Program-made: the position numbers and the translations under genes
Notes under the pieces: model-generated
Databases searched by the model: none
Seen by the model: only the letters and a program-made list of their open reading frames with translations
Told to the model about the DNA's origin: nothing
In this document: positions 49,810 to 62,337 of the stretch, one piece after another
Position numbering within the stretch: the first letter of the stretch is position 1
Layout: each line of letters opens with the position of its first letter
Source of the DNA: Squalus acanthias
Lineage: Eukaryota
NCBI GenBank assembly: GCA_030390025.1
Contig: CM059431.1
Span: 141,610,001-141,674,000, forward strand
DNA length: 64,000 nucleotides
Reading direction: 5' to 3'

Positions 49810-52180
49810 TCAGAAGAGGTGACAGTGCGGAACGTGCGCTGGGAAAGTCTGGCGCTGATTTTCCAACGCTCGAATATTTCCAGCACTCACGCTGTCCACT
49901 GCATGAAAATGGAAGTTGAATTCTGTTGGAATTTCCCGCTCTACCGTCCATAGCACGACTCACAAAACCCCATCAATGACAAGCTGCTTGTTGCTCGGTG
50001 GCGGTTGTCAGGAGCGATTCTTATTGGATCCATTTTATTGGGATTGTGCACGTGGGGAAAATTTCTTTCTGGAGATTCCATGTTTTTGGCCTTGTACTAT
50101 CGCCAGCTCACGAACGGTTTCTCCGTCACCACCGGTGCTGTGGGATATTTTGGACCTTCCCCTGCTCCTGTGTCTATGGAGAGCAGGAACAGGAAAATGA
50201 CGAGGAGCAGCAGGGCAAGCAGGCAGCTGGAGACTCGCTTCAGGAAGAAGTCGCCCAGGAGAGCCCAGTGCCCGCTGTCAGATATCTGTGACCGCAGGTC
50301 AGAGGTGGCACCGGAACTGAAATAAGACAAGAGACATCTGAAATATAAACTAGTCCGGTTATCCCGGAGCTCTGCTCCACAACTACCAAGCCTCCCATCG
50401 GAAAACATCCTGATTCTCTTTTAACGAAAAATTACCGAGAATCTACAGCACAGAAACAGAACATTCGGCCCAACTGATCCAGGCCGGTGTTTATGCTCCA
50501 CACAAGCCTCCTGCCACCCTTCTTCAGGTTGCCCTATCAGTACATCCTCATATTCCTCTCTCCCTCATGTACTTACATAGCTTCCCCTTAAATGCATCTA
50601 AGCTATTTGCTTCAATGATTCCACAGTAGCAGGTTCCACATGCTCACTACTATCTGTGTAAATAAGTTTCTCCTGAATTCCCTGTTGGATTTATTAGCGA
50701 ATATCGAATATGGTCCCTAGTTTAGGATACTCCAGCAAGTGGAAACATCTTCTCTACATCCCCACTATCAAAGCCCTTCATAAGTTTAAAGCCCTCTATG
50801 AGGGCACCCATCAGCCTTCTCTTTTCTTGAGAAAAAAACACCAGCCTGTTCAATTTTTCGTGAAAGTTATATCCTCTCAGTTCTGATATAACTCTTGTAA
50901 ATATTTGTTGAAACTTCTCCAGTGACTCTCTATCCTTTTAGTAATACGTCTATCTCACCGGGACAACCCATCTTGGCCTAATTATTTCCGCTTATCCAAA
51001 TAGAGTTAAAAATGAAAGGAAACCATTCTGTGTGCTTTCCTCTTTTGATAACCCGCGGTGTCCCTGCCGACTCCTACAATTATAGGCTCGTTCATTCCAG
51101 CCTCTCCCCTCTCCTCATTGGGCCTTCAGCACCAGGTGGTTCTGACCTGACTGACTGATGCTCTCCAGGACGTTTCTTGTGGGACTGAGGCGGCACATTC
51201 TTAGATTTGGTGTTGGGTTATTTCCCCTTTGAGAAGAAAGTGCAGAGTGTGAAGCCGCTCCGCTTGGCTTTATCCAGCAAGTAACTCAGGTTTCAGAAAG
51301 CGGTCCTTAATGTGGGTGATAACAGGGGCAGAAAGCAGATAATAAGCGTCATGTGAGTCTTTCACTGATTTCCGACATGTCCGTCTGATTGAAGGAAGGC
51401 CTGTCGGGACAGGACGGGGTTGGGTGAAGTGTATTGAGTACCCCCTGCACTTTGCTATCCAGCTCTTCTGGTGATCAATGCAAAGAGGCCCGGGGACTGG
51501 CAATGGTGAACATGGTTATTATAGCGCACTGTTACATGGGGCACTGACTCCTGTGACCTTGGCTGCTCCGAAGACGTCACTGAAATTCTTCCATCTTTCA
51601 GTAATCAAGCAAGCTCTGCTGGAGGTGACAATCACTGCCACGGATAACCTCCTCCCACTGGGCTTGGACTGTCCCCTCCGCGGCCCTCCTGCCCTCAGAA
51701 CCATGAAGTCGGTTGGTCCTTTGTTGTACTTCATACAGTAACAACAAGCTGAAGAGGGTGTGAATGTGAGGGCTCAGTGTATGAGGAACCAGCATCCTTT
51801 GACACTGCTGTAATCCAGCGAGTTTCACAAATTGAACCCTGCATTTCCCATACCATTGCTGCAGCAAGTTCGGCACCAAATTTCATGTTCAGCCCCAGCA
51901 CGAGGTGGGATCCTAATATCGGGTAAATGGGCCGAGTGTCTCCGCTAGATATTTGATTGGGGAAACCGGGAAAAGCACTGCCGGGATCACGGCGGGGTCA
52001 CTCAGATGGGTGTAATTTCCGGTCGCAGTGCACTTGGGATGTTTATGAGCCAGCGAATTAAATCGAGCCCCCTGGACAGATATTTGTCCGTCCGCACTCG
52101 GGCGTAACGTAGCGATTACACAAAGCGCACAGAGCAAAACAGGACGAGGAGGATTCGCGTGGAACCAGGGAATTCGCCCA
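49810..52180. mobile_element. Decayed autonomous PIF/Harbinger transposon (transposase +, Myb/SANT-like ORF -), interrupted by CR1
   Basis: Plus strand ~50230-50320 RL/RFRK/EVAQE..YL*PQVRGGT and ~51505-51560 GEHGY...LTP (transposase-like). Minus strand ~51560-51720 QAQWEEV and RWKNFSDVFGAAK (trihelix-like). Confidence 0.55.
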
Positions 52181-53604
52181 ATGTTCCCTCCATTGATTTT
52201 CGTCTAAGTGCACCGCCCAGGCACTCCTTTACTTTGTCAAAAAATATTTATGGGATCTGGGCGTCGCTGGCAAAGCCAGCATTTATTGCCCATCCCTAGT
52301 TGCCCTTGAGAACCGCTGCCGTCCGTGTGGTGAAGTTAGGGAGGGAGTTCCAGCATTTTGACCCAGCGACGATGAAGGATCGGCGATATACTTCTAAGTC
52401 AGGATGGTGTGTGACTTGGAGGGGAACTTGGAGGTGATGGTGTTCCCATGCGCCTGCTGCCTTTGTCCTTCTAGGTAGAAGTGATCGCGGGTTTGGGAGG
52501 TGCTGCCGAAGAAGCCTTGGCGAGTTCCTCAGTGAATTTCCCCAGCGCTATGAGGGCTCATCCACCCCCGGGGACTTTCCCTGCGGTGGTTCACTGTACC
52601 TGACTCGGGCTGGCGCGGCCCTCTGACGCCCGCTTCTGCCCCGCTATATATTGTAAGTTTGATAGTTGAGAGCTTTTATTCTGTCCGCTCACCACATCCT
52701 CCCAGCCCGACGGCCGCCGACTCAATGCCCATTTCGTTTTATTGTTTGGACGACAGGAAGCCCTACGATGCTTTGCTCTGAGTTTTATGGATCCACTGCC
52801 AGTGGACAGGGTTCTAGTGACTGAATTGGGCACGTTACATAACTACATATGATTGACCAATAAAACGGGGGCTCTCGGTTTTCCAACCATCAGGCGGGGT
52901 TTCAGTGTAAATTCATTCTTTCCCCCTGGCAGGTGAAGCGCATGCGCTCTTTATACGGAACACTCGGATATTCAGCATAACACCGCGAGCTGGAGCTGGC
53001 CTCATCCAAAGGGGGGAGTTCTCCACATCTGGATCCTTCCCATCACGATCCCGTTCATGCTCAGTGCTCTCGTTGCTCAGGAGGTTTATTCTCTTCCAGC
53101 GAGGTAGATCATCTGCACTGTGGGATATTAAAGTGAGGCGTCACATCCCGCCCTCTCGATTTAATCATTATCACAACCCCTTTCAGTGCCGCTGCTTTCC
53201 GTCTTCTCTACAGCACAGACCGAGTCCGGCCTGACATGGTAAACTTTGTAGGGAGCAGTTGAGGGTCCATTAGTTGAGAACAGTCACTGAGCTGTGAGAC
53301 TCTCTGCCCCACTGCTGATTACAGGTAAACGCGCTGTGAATCGGGATTGGATTCCTTTCCTGTGCTGACCCAGTAGACTGTGATGATCAGCGATTCAGCA
53401 CAATTAATGGATTCAGTACAACCCAACCCCACTGATCATTGTAAATGGACCGAACCACCTAGATACATGTGGGTGACGGGACTGGCCAGGATGGACTGAT
53501 CATTACAATAGATTGATCACTGCAGCCCAATCCCACTGATCATTGTAAATGCGCCATTTAGCTACATGTGGAAAAGGCCATTCACAAGGATGGACTGCTC
53601 ATTA

Positions 53605-54520
53605 CAACAACAATAACCTTCATTTATATAATGCATTTAATTTAGTAAAACGCCCCAAGATGCTTCACGTTAGCGGAATCAGACAAAACGGGATACCGAG
53701 CCAAAGAAGGAGATATTAGGACAGGTGACCAAAAGTTTGGTCAAAGACTTAGGTTTTAAGGAGCTCTTTAAAGGAGGAGAGATAGGTGGAGAGGTTTAGG
53801 GAGGGAATTCCAGAGCTTAGAGCCTAAACAGCTGAAGGCACATCCGCCAATAGTGGGGAGAAGAAAATAGGGGTGCACAAGCGGCCAGATTTGGAGCAAT
53901 GCAGACATCTCAGAGGACTGTAAGGCTGGATAAGTTGACAGAGATAGGGAAGGTGGGGGCAATGGAGCGAATTGAATACGAGGATGTATGTCTCTGAATC
54001 GAGACGTTGCTGGAGCGAGAGCCAATGTAGTTCAACGAGCAAAGGGTGATGTGTGAATGGGACTTGGTGCGAGTAAGGTTCTGGGCAGCAGAGTTTTGGG
54101 TGAGCTTATGTTTATGGAATGTGGGAGATGGGAGGCCGGACAGAATGTCTTTGGATAGTCAAGTCTGGAGGTGGCAAAAGCATGGAGGGTTCTGGCGGCC
54201 GATGGAGCGGAGCTGGCAGATGTTCCGCAGTCTTTGTGATGGAGACGATATGAGGTCAGTAGCTGAGCTGGGGCGCCGAGTTTGCGAACACGATGGTTCA
54301 GCCTGAGACATTGGTCATGGAGATAAATTGAATCGATGGCGAGTGAATGGAATTTGTGGCAGAGACCAACAACAATGGATTCAGTCTGCCCAATGTTTAA
54401 TTGAAGGCTCATCCACGACTGCAGGTCAGACAAGCGGTTTGACAACACAGAGGCAGTGGAGGTGTCGAGAGAGGTGGTGGTGAGGTAGAACGGTGTATCG
54501 TCAGCATACATGTGGAATCA
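53605..54520 (-). mobile_element. L2-clade LINE RT 3' half
   Basis: ORF 54032..54511 (MYADDT...TSRLDY); (CAA)n tail at ~53605. Confidence 0.85.
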
Positions 54521-55247
54521 TTCACGCCCTCCACCACTGGCATGTCGTTTTTTGGAAATATATTACCTTTCCTTCATCGTAGCTGGGTCAAAGTCCTAGA
54601 AATCCCTACCTAACAGGAATGTGGGAGTAACTTCACGACACGGACTGCAAGGGTTCAAGAAGGCAGAACTTGCAGGGGATGGTGACATTGATACATTCTG
54701 TTGTATTATTGGCTCCTCGCTCCTTTGTAATGTTAGGATGGTGTGTGACTTGGAGGTGGTGGTGTTCCCATGCGCCTGCTGCCCTTGTCCTTCTCAGTGA
54801 TAGAGGTCGCGTGCTTGGGAGGTGCTGCCGAAGAAGCCTTGGCGAGTTGCTGCAGTGCATCTTGTAGATGGTACACACTGCAGCCACGGTACGCCGGTGG
54901 TGGAGACAGTGATTGTTCAAGGTGGTGGATGGGGTGCCAATCAAGCGGGCTGCTTTTTCCAGATTGTGCCGAGCTTCTTGAGTGGTGTTGGAGCTAAGCT
55001 CATCCAATCAGGTGTAGACTTTTCCATCAAAATCCTGACTTGTGGCTTGTAGATATTTTAAAGCTGAGATTTTTGTTAACCAAAGGTATTCAAGGATCTG
55101 GAGCAAAGGGATGCAAACGGAGTTAGGTCGCAGAGCTCATTGAATGGCAGAAAGGCTCGAGGAGTTAAATGGACTGCCCCTGTTGCTATTCTCATTCTCA
55201 AATGTTCAGAGACGATTGTGGAGAAGAGAATCGCGATTTTAAAGCAG

Positions 55248-55320
55248 CGCCCGAACAGGGACTTGAACCCTGGACATAGACATTAAAAGTCTGATACTCT
55301 ACCGACTGAGCTATCCGGAC
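55248..55320 (-). tRNA. tRNA-Lys(TTT), degenerate / probable pseudogene
   Basis: GTCCGGATAGCTCAGTCGGTAGAGTATCAGACTTTTAATGTCTATGTCCAGGGTTCAAGTCCCTGTTCGGGCG. A and B boxes are intact, but the 3' strand of the anticodon stem is disrupted. Confidence 0.85.
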
Positions 55321-55499
55321 TCACAAAAGGATTTTCCTTGGCTGCCGTGCATCATTGCACCCTCTACTAATTCAATGTTCTTGTCCAGTAATTCCGCCTC
55401 TACAGCACATTTCACTCACAAGTCAGACTGACTGCCTCAAACCGGCTTCACTTCAGAAATATTCTCTCTCCCGCAAACGACACGCTCTTTAGCAGCGGC

Positions 55500-56780
55500 C
55501 TCAAATGTGAGAAGTGCGGTCCCCCAGATATCTGTATTGGATATTCAACTTTTCACCATATTTATTATTGATTGGATGGAGCAATAGAGCGCTGTAGATC
55601 CAAGCTTGAAGATCGCACTAAGTTAGGAGGCACGGTAGTAGTGCAAATGGAAACCGGACATAACCAAAGGGACTGAGGCAGACGAAGTAAGCGGGCAAAA
55701 TTATGTCAAATCGAGTTCATTGTGCGCAAGTGTGACATCATCCACTTTGGAACCAAGTAAGAGAGTTCTGAGTATTTTCCAAATAATGGGAAGCTATTAA
55801 CTGCTGAGGAGCAAAGAGGTTTGTGAGTCCTAGTTCACAAATCATTATCAGCTAGTAGAAATGGAGCGAAAGACATTTGATAAAGTCCCACATAAGGGAC
55901 TGTTAGGTAAAGTTAAAGCTCGTGGAAGTGAAGGCAAATTTTTGTCCTGGTGAGGAAATTGGTTGAGCGACAGGAAAAGCAGTGTACGGATAATGGGCAG
56001 CTACTTTAATTGGCAGGATATGTCTAATGGTGTCCCTGAGGGATCCATTTTGGGACTTGAACTATTCACCGTTTTTATTAACGACTTAGTTGGTGCGATT
56101 GAGAGCCACACTTCCAACTTTGACGCTGTCACAAAGACTGCCGGCATTATTAGCAGTTTAGCTGGAAGCAAGAAATTAGAACAGATATTAATAGATTAAG
56201 TGAATGGGCACAAATGTGGCAAATTGATTAAAAAATTAGCACTTGCGAGGTCATCCACTTCGGATCTAAAAAGGAGAGATCAGAATGCATTCTAAACGGT
56301 GAAGAGTTGGAAACAGTGGATGTCCATTGAGACTTAAGGGTCCATGTACATTTATCATTACATTGTCATGGGCAGGTACAGAAAAGAATCAAAAAGGCTA
56401 ATTGAATGGTGATATTTATATCTACAGGACTACAATATAAGGGGGAGAAATTAAGCTAAAGCTATACACAGCACTGGTTAGACCACAGCTGGAGTACTGT
56501 GTACAGTTCTGGGCATCACACATTAGGAAGGTAGTATTAGGCTGAAAGAGTGAAGCGTAGATTTACCACAATGATACATAGAGTCCAAGGGATCAATTAC
56601 AAGGGGAGATTACACAAACTAGGGTTGTCATCACTGGAATTTAGAAGCTTAAGTGGTGATTTGATTGAAGTATTCACGATATTAAGAGGAACTGATAGGA
56701 TAGATGGAAAGAAGCTATTTCCGATGATTGGCGAGTCTAGGACTAGGGGGCGTAGCATAAACATTAGATCCAGGACTTTC
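55500..56780 (+). mobile_element. Old CR1 RT fragments; this element resumes at ~60455 after the younger insertion
   Basis: ORFs 55963..56199 (GVPEGSILG) and 56550..56792. Confidence 0.8.
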
Positions 56781-58789
56781 ATAGAAACATAGAAACATAG
56801 AAAATAAAACATAGAAAAATAGGAGCAGGAGTAGGCTATTCGTCCCTTCGAACCTGCTCCACCATTCAATACGATCATGGCTGATCCTCTGTCTCAATAT
56901 CATATTCCCCTCTCTACCCATATCCCTTGATGCCTTTTGTGTCTAGAAATCTATCTATCTGCTTCTTAAATATATTCAGTGACTTGGCCTCCACAGCCTC
57001 TGTGGTAGAGAATTCCACAGGTTCACCACCCTCTGAGTGAAAACATTTCTCCACATCTCAGTCCTAAATGTCCTACCCCGTATACTGAGACTGCGACACC
57101 TCGTTCACGACCCCTCGGCCAGGGGAAACATCCTGTCTTCATTCAGTCTCTCTAGCCCTGCCAGAATTTTAAATGTTTCAATGAGACCCCCTCTCATTCT
57201 TTTAAACAGTAGTGAATACAGGCCTAGTCGGCCCAATCTCTCCTCATACGACAGTCCTGCCATCCCAGGAATCAGTCTGGTGAACCTTCGCTGCACTCCC
57301 TCTTGGCAAGTATATCCTTTCTTAGGTAAGGAGACCAAAACTGCGCACAGTACTCCAGGTGTGGTCTCACCAAGGCCCAGTATAACTGTAGTAAGACATT
57401 CTTGCTCCTGTACTCAAATCCTCTTGCAATGAAGGCCAAAATACCATTTGCCTTTCTAACTGCTTGCTGCACCTGCATGTTTGCCCACAGTGACTGGTGT
57501 ACAAGGACACCCAGGTCCCTTTGTACATCAACATTTCCCAATCTATCACCATTTAAATAATATGCTGCCTTTCTGTTTTCTCTACCGAAGTGGATAATTT
57601 CACATTTATCCACGTTATACTGCATCTGCCATGTATTTGCCCATTCACTCAACTTCTCTAAATCGCCTTGAAACCTCTTTGCATCCTCTTCACAACTCAC
57701 AATCCCACCTAGTTTGGTATCATCAGCAAACTTGGAAAAAATACATTTGGTTCCCTCATCCAAATCATTGATATAAATTGTGAATAGCTGGGGCCCAAGC
57801 ACTGATCCTTGCGGTACCCAACTAGTCACCGCCTGCCACCCCTAAAAAGACCCATTTATTCCTACTCTCTGTTTCCTGTCTGTTAATCAATTTTTAATCC
57901 ATGCCAGTATATTACCCCCAATCCCATGTGCTTTAATTTTGGACACTAACCTCTTATGTGGGACTTGATCAAAGGCCTTCTGAAGATCCAAATACACCAC
58001 ATCCACTGGTTCTCCCTTATCTATTCTACCAGTTATATCCTCAAAAAACTCCAGTAGGTTTGTCAAACACTTTTTCGCTTTCATTAATCCATGTTGTCTC
58101 TGTCTAATCCCATTGATATTTTCTAAGTGTCCTGTTATCATATCCTTTATAATAGACTCCAGCATTTCCCCTACTACTGATGTTAGGCTAACCGGTCTGT
58201 AGTTCAATGTTTTCTCTCTCCCTCGTTTTTTAAATAGTTGGGTTACATTTGCCACACTCCAATCTGCAGGAACTGTTACATAATCTATAGAATTTTGGAA
58301 GATGACCACCAATGCATTCACTATTTCCATGGCTACCACTTTTAGTACTCTGGGATGCAGATTATCAGGCCCTGGGGATTTATCGGATTTTAGTCCCATT
58401 AATTTCTCCAGCACTATGTTTTTACTAATACTAAATTCCTTTAATTCCTCCTGCTCACTAGGCCCTTGGTTCCCTAGCATTTCTGGGAAGTTATTTGTGT
58501 CCTCTTCTGTGAAGACAGAACCAAAGTATTTGTTTAGGTGCTCTGTCATTTCCTTGTTCCCCATTATAAATTCTCCCGTTTCTGAATGTAAGGGACCTAC
58601 ATTTGTCTTCACTAATCGTTTTCGTTTTATATACTTGTAGATGCTTTTACAGTCCGCTTTTAATTTCCTTGCAAATTTACTCTCATACTCTATTTTTCCC
58701 CTCTTAATCAGTCTCTTGGTCCTTTTTTGCTGAATTCTAAACTGCTCCCAATCCTCAGGCTTGCTTCTTTGTCTGGCAACTTTATATGA

Positions 58790-59303
58790 GAAGTCGCACA
58801 ACACCAGGTTATAGTCCAACAGATTTATTTAAAATTACAAGCTTTCGGAGCTATCGATCGAGCAGAAACTGATAGCCAAGTTCCGCACTCATGAGGACGG
58901 ACTCAATAGGGATATCGGGTTCATGTCACGCTACAGAACGTGACTTGACATCGTTGTCTGTCTTTCCAGTTTAAAAAAAAAACAAACACAAAAAACAAAC
59001 CCAAATGGAGAGGATATGCAGACAGCAGGATTTGACACGTTGGACCCCCTGGGACACATCTCATTGTCTTGGCTGTGCTCTTGGTGTGTCTTTGATGTAA
59101 GGAAAGATTGTATCTCTGCATTTTTCTGTGTTTATATTCTGTGAATTTTTGTAGATTCACTCATAGTAACTTTACCTGAAGAAGGGGCGATTGATAGCTC
59201 CGAAAGCTTGTAATTTTAAATAAATCTGTTGGACTATAACCTGGTGTTGTGCGACTTCTCATTTTTGTCCACCCCAGTCCAACACCGGCATCTCCGCATC
59301 ATG
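58790..59303 (+). mobile_element. Penelope-like element (5'-truncated, inverted terminal segment) inserted in CR1
   Basis: TSD AACTTTATATGA (58778-58789 / 59304-59315); 75-bp inverted repeat 58786-58860 / 59188-59262 with 1 mismatch; EQKLIAKFRTHEDGLNRDIGF resembles a GIY-YIG C-terminus. Confidence 0.85.
59172..59213 (+). ncRNA. Minimal type I hammerhead ribozyme (Penelope-associated)
   Basis: TTAC-CTGAAGA-A-GGGGC-gattgata-GCTCC-GAAA-GC-TT-GTAA: stem I TTAC/GTAA, CUGANGA core, stem II, GAAA, palindromic stem III. Confidence 0.75.
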
Positions 59304-60720
59304 AACTTTATATGACACCTCTTTGGATCGAATACTATCCTCAATTTCTTTTGTCAGCCATGTTTAGGCCGCTTTTCCTGTTGTGTTGTTGCGCCAGAAA
59401 GGAATGTATAACTGTTGCAATTCATGCCTTCGTTCCTTAAAATGTAGCTATTGCCTATCAACCATCATGCATTTTAATGAAGCTCCCCAATCTATCATAG
59501 CCTACTCACTGCTCATACCTTCGTAGTTTCCTTTGTTTAGATTTAGGACCCTAGTTTCGAATTGGACTACTTCACTTTCCATCTTAATGAAGAATTCTAT
59601 CATGTTATGGCCACTCTTCCCTAAAGGACCCCGCACAACAAGATTATTAATTATCCCCTTCTCATTGCACAATACCCAATTTAGGATAGCCTGTACCCTA
59701 GTTGGCTCGTCAACGTACTGGTCTAAAAAAGCATCTCGTACATTCTCCAGGAATTCATCCTCCACAGTATCGTTTCTAATTTGGTTTGCCCTGTCTATAT
59801 GTAGATTAAAGTCAACCATGATTACTGTAGTACCCTTGTTACATGCATCTCTAATTTCCTGTTTGATGCCGTCCCCTACATTACCACTACTGTTTGAACG
59901 CCTTTAGACAACTCCCACCAATTTTTTCTGCCCCTTGGTGCTTCTTAGCTTCACCCAGACTGATTCCACATCTTAATTTTCTGAGCCAAGATTCTTTCTC
60001 ACTATTGATCTGATTTCATCTTTTACTAACAACGCCACCCCACCTCCTTTTCCTTTTTGCCTGTCCTTGCTAAATATCGAATATCCTTGGATAATCAGCT
60101 CCCAACCTTGGTCACCCTGCAGCCATGTCTCCGTAATTGCAATTATATTGTATTTGTTTACATTTATTTGCGCTGTTAATTCGTCTACCTTATTAGGAAT
60201 GCTTCCTGCATTCAGATACAGTGCCTGTAGATTTGTATTTTTAACATTTTTAGACATCTTAGCATTGTTTTGTACTATGGCCCTATTTGTCTTATTAACT
60301 TTTTCTTCTTAACCAGACCCTATTTGTTCGTGAACTGTTTTGTTTGCACGCTCTGTACCTTCCTGACACAATCTGGTTATCCTTGTCTTTTCTCTTTAGC
60401 ATTCTAAATTTCTCTGCACCGGGACCCTTCCCCCCCCCCCCCTTATTTAGTTTAGTTTCTGGAATGAATTTATGAAAGAATTCTACATGGAATGGGTGGT
60501 ATATATTTGTAACTCACTTACACAAACTGTGTTAATATTGTACCTGAGATTGATAGATTTTTGTTAACCAAAGATATGAAGGGATCTGGAGCAAACACAG
60601 TTGGGTCACAGATCTCATTGAATGGCTGAAAGGGTCACGGGGTTAAATGGCCTACTCCTGTTACTATTCTCATTGTTAAAGGATCAGAGCACGAATGTGG
60701 AGATCAGAATCGCGATATAA

Positions 60721-60792
60721 ATCCCGAACAGGGACTTGAACCTGGAAACTCAGGTTAAAAGTCTGATACTCTACCGACTCAGCAATCCGGGC
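60721..60792 (-). tRNA. tRNA-Lys(TTT), degenerate / probable pseudogene
   Basis: GCCCGGATTGCTGAGTCGGTAGAGTATCAGACTTTTAACCTGAGTTTCCAGGTTCAAGTCCCTGTTCGGGAT; D-arm, T-stem and acceptor-end lesions. Confidence 0.8.
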
Positions 60793-61524
60793 TCACAGAA
60801 GGATTTTCATTGGCTGCCGTGCATCATTGCACCCTCTACTAATTCCATTTCCTTCTCCAGTAATCCCGCCTGTACAGCGCATTTCTCTCACAAACCCAGA
60901 CTGACTGCCTCAAACCGGCTTCATTTCAGAAATATTCTCCCTCCCACAAACGACACGCTCTTTAGCAGTGGCGTCAGATGTGAGAAGTGCGGTCCCCCAG
61001 ATATCTGTATTGGATCTTCAACTTTTCACCATATTTATTATTGACTTGGATGGAGCAGTAGAGCGCTGTAGATCCAAGTTTGAAGATTGCACTAAGTTAG
61101 GAGGCACGGTAGTAGTGCGAATGGGAACGGGACGTAACCAAAGGGACAGAGACAGAGGAAGTAAGCGGTCAAAATTATGTCAAATCGAGTTCACTGTGCG
61201 CAAGTGTGACACCATCCACTTTGGAACCAAGTAAGAGAGTTCGGAGTATTTTCTAAATAATGGGAAGCTATTAACTGTTGACGTGCAAAGAGGTTTGTGA
61301 GTCCCAGTTCAGCAATCACTATAAGCTAGTAGACATGGAGCGAAAGACATTTGATAAAGTCCCACATAAGGGACTGTTGGGCTAAATTTGAATCTCGTGG
61401 AACTGAAGGCAAATTATTGTCCTGGTTAGGAAATGTGTTGAGCGACAGGAACAAATTGAACTCCCGGGACGGGGCAAACAGAAGCCTCTCTGCAATAGGT
61501 GACAAGGACACAATGTCAAAACAA

Positions 61525-61597
61525 GCCGGACTTGCTCCGTTGGATGAGCGTAAAATTCTTAATCGCAGGTTCGTGGTTTCGAGCCCCACCTTGGGCG
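61525..61597 (+). tRNA. tRNA-Lys(CTT) pseudogene
   Basis: GCCGGACTTGCTCCGTTGGATGAGCGTAAAATTCTTAATCGCAGGTTCGTGGTTTCGAGCCCCACCTTGGGCG; 73 nt collinear with vertebrate Lys-CTT, followed by TTTT. Confidence 0.75.
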
Positions 61598-61622
61598 AAT
61601 AATTTTATTTTGGTTTACGCAA

Positions 61623-61718
61623 GTCGGGATGGCCCTGCGGTCGGAGACCCAGCGGTCGAAGGCGCTGCGTTCAGATTGCGGTCTCCGCTGTTGAGGCAGG
61701 TACGAATCCCACTTCAGT
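61623..61718 (+). tRNA. tRNA-Leu(CAG) pseudogene with an internal duplication in the D-arm
   Basis: GTCGGGATGGCC..GCGGTC(x2)GAAGGCGCTGCGTTCAGATTGCGGTCTCC..GAGGC..CGAATCCCACT matches the Leu-CAG layout. Confidence 0.7.
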
Positions 61719-62263
61719 CTGAAGGGAGGTGACAGAGGGTTAAAGGTGGATGGGGTTTAGGCAGGGAATTCCAGAGCATGACGCCTACTCAAATATTGCA
61801 TCATGTTCGCATGTGCCTGCTGTCAGACCGCAGTGTTTTACAACATTTTACATTGAAAAAATAGTTATTAGATGCGGGTAAATGATCATTAAAATGACCC
61901 AGCGTGTTTTAAATTGTTTTCCCTAATACCAGCTGTACAAATGCCACACATTCAATGTAGCCTCACACGGTGCGATGGCCTGCTCCAGTTCTATATATGT
62001 TGTTACAGAATCAATTCCCATCAGTTTCTTTGAAGCCAATAACTGAATATATTTCTAACGGGTTGGTTGGAGGAACATGATCCATCTGCATGTTTTTATC
62101 ATTTGATTTGAAATGAGTACTCATAAAAGTATTTGGGTGGGAATTTACTGGATAACAGCACAGCTGTCAATGTTTGCGTAATATTTTCCTGCAGCCAAAG
62201 CACACATTGATAACCTGGAACTGTGCGGCGAAGAATCATAAAGGGGAAAAAAGTTAAAAACTT

Positions 62264-62337
62264 CGTCCGTGGGTCGGCTCAAACCACAAACTTTGCGCTT
62301 AACAGCCGAACATGCTAACCGATTACGTCACAAAGAC
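62264..62337 (-). tRNA. tRNA-Asn(GTT) pseudogene
   Basis: GTCTTTGTGACGTAATCGGTTAGCATGTTCGGCTGTTAAGCGCAAAGTTTGTGGTTTGAGCCGACCCACGGACG; 74 nt, followed by T-runs; B-box mutated. Confidence 0.8.

Larger units (their letters stand above)
56781..60454 (-). mobile_element. CR1-clade LINE, near full-length ORF2 (APE endonuclease + RT), frameshifted
   Basis: Track ORFs 59973..60257 (AITETWL), 59502..59819, 57887..58819 (NYRPVSLTS) and 57272..57829 ([12 protein letters not shown]); 3' (CATAGAAA)n microsatellite at ~56780-56817; inserted into an older + strand CR1. Confidence 0.93.
55064..61451 (+). repeat. Direct duplication carrying tRNA-Lys(TTT): 55064-55976 and 60544-61451
   Basis: Two ~910-bp copies are highly similar throughout (CR1 tail, tRNA, spacer, CR1 RT fragment). 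Confidence 0.9.
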
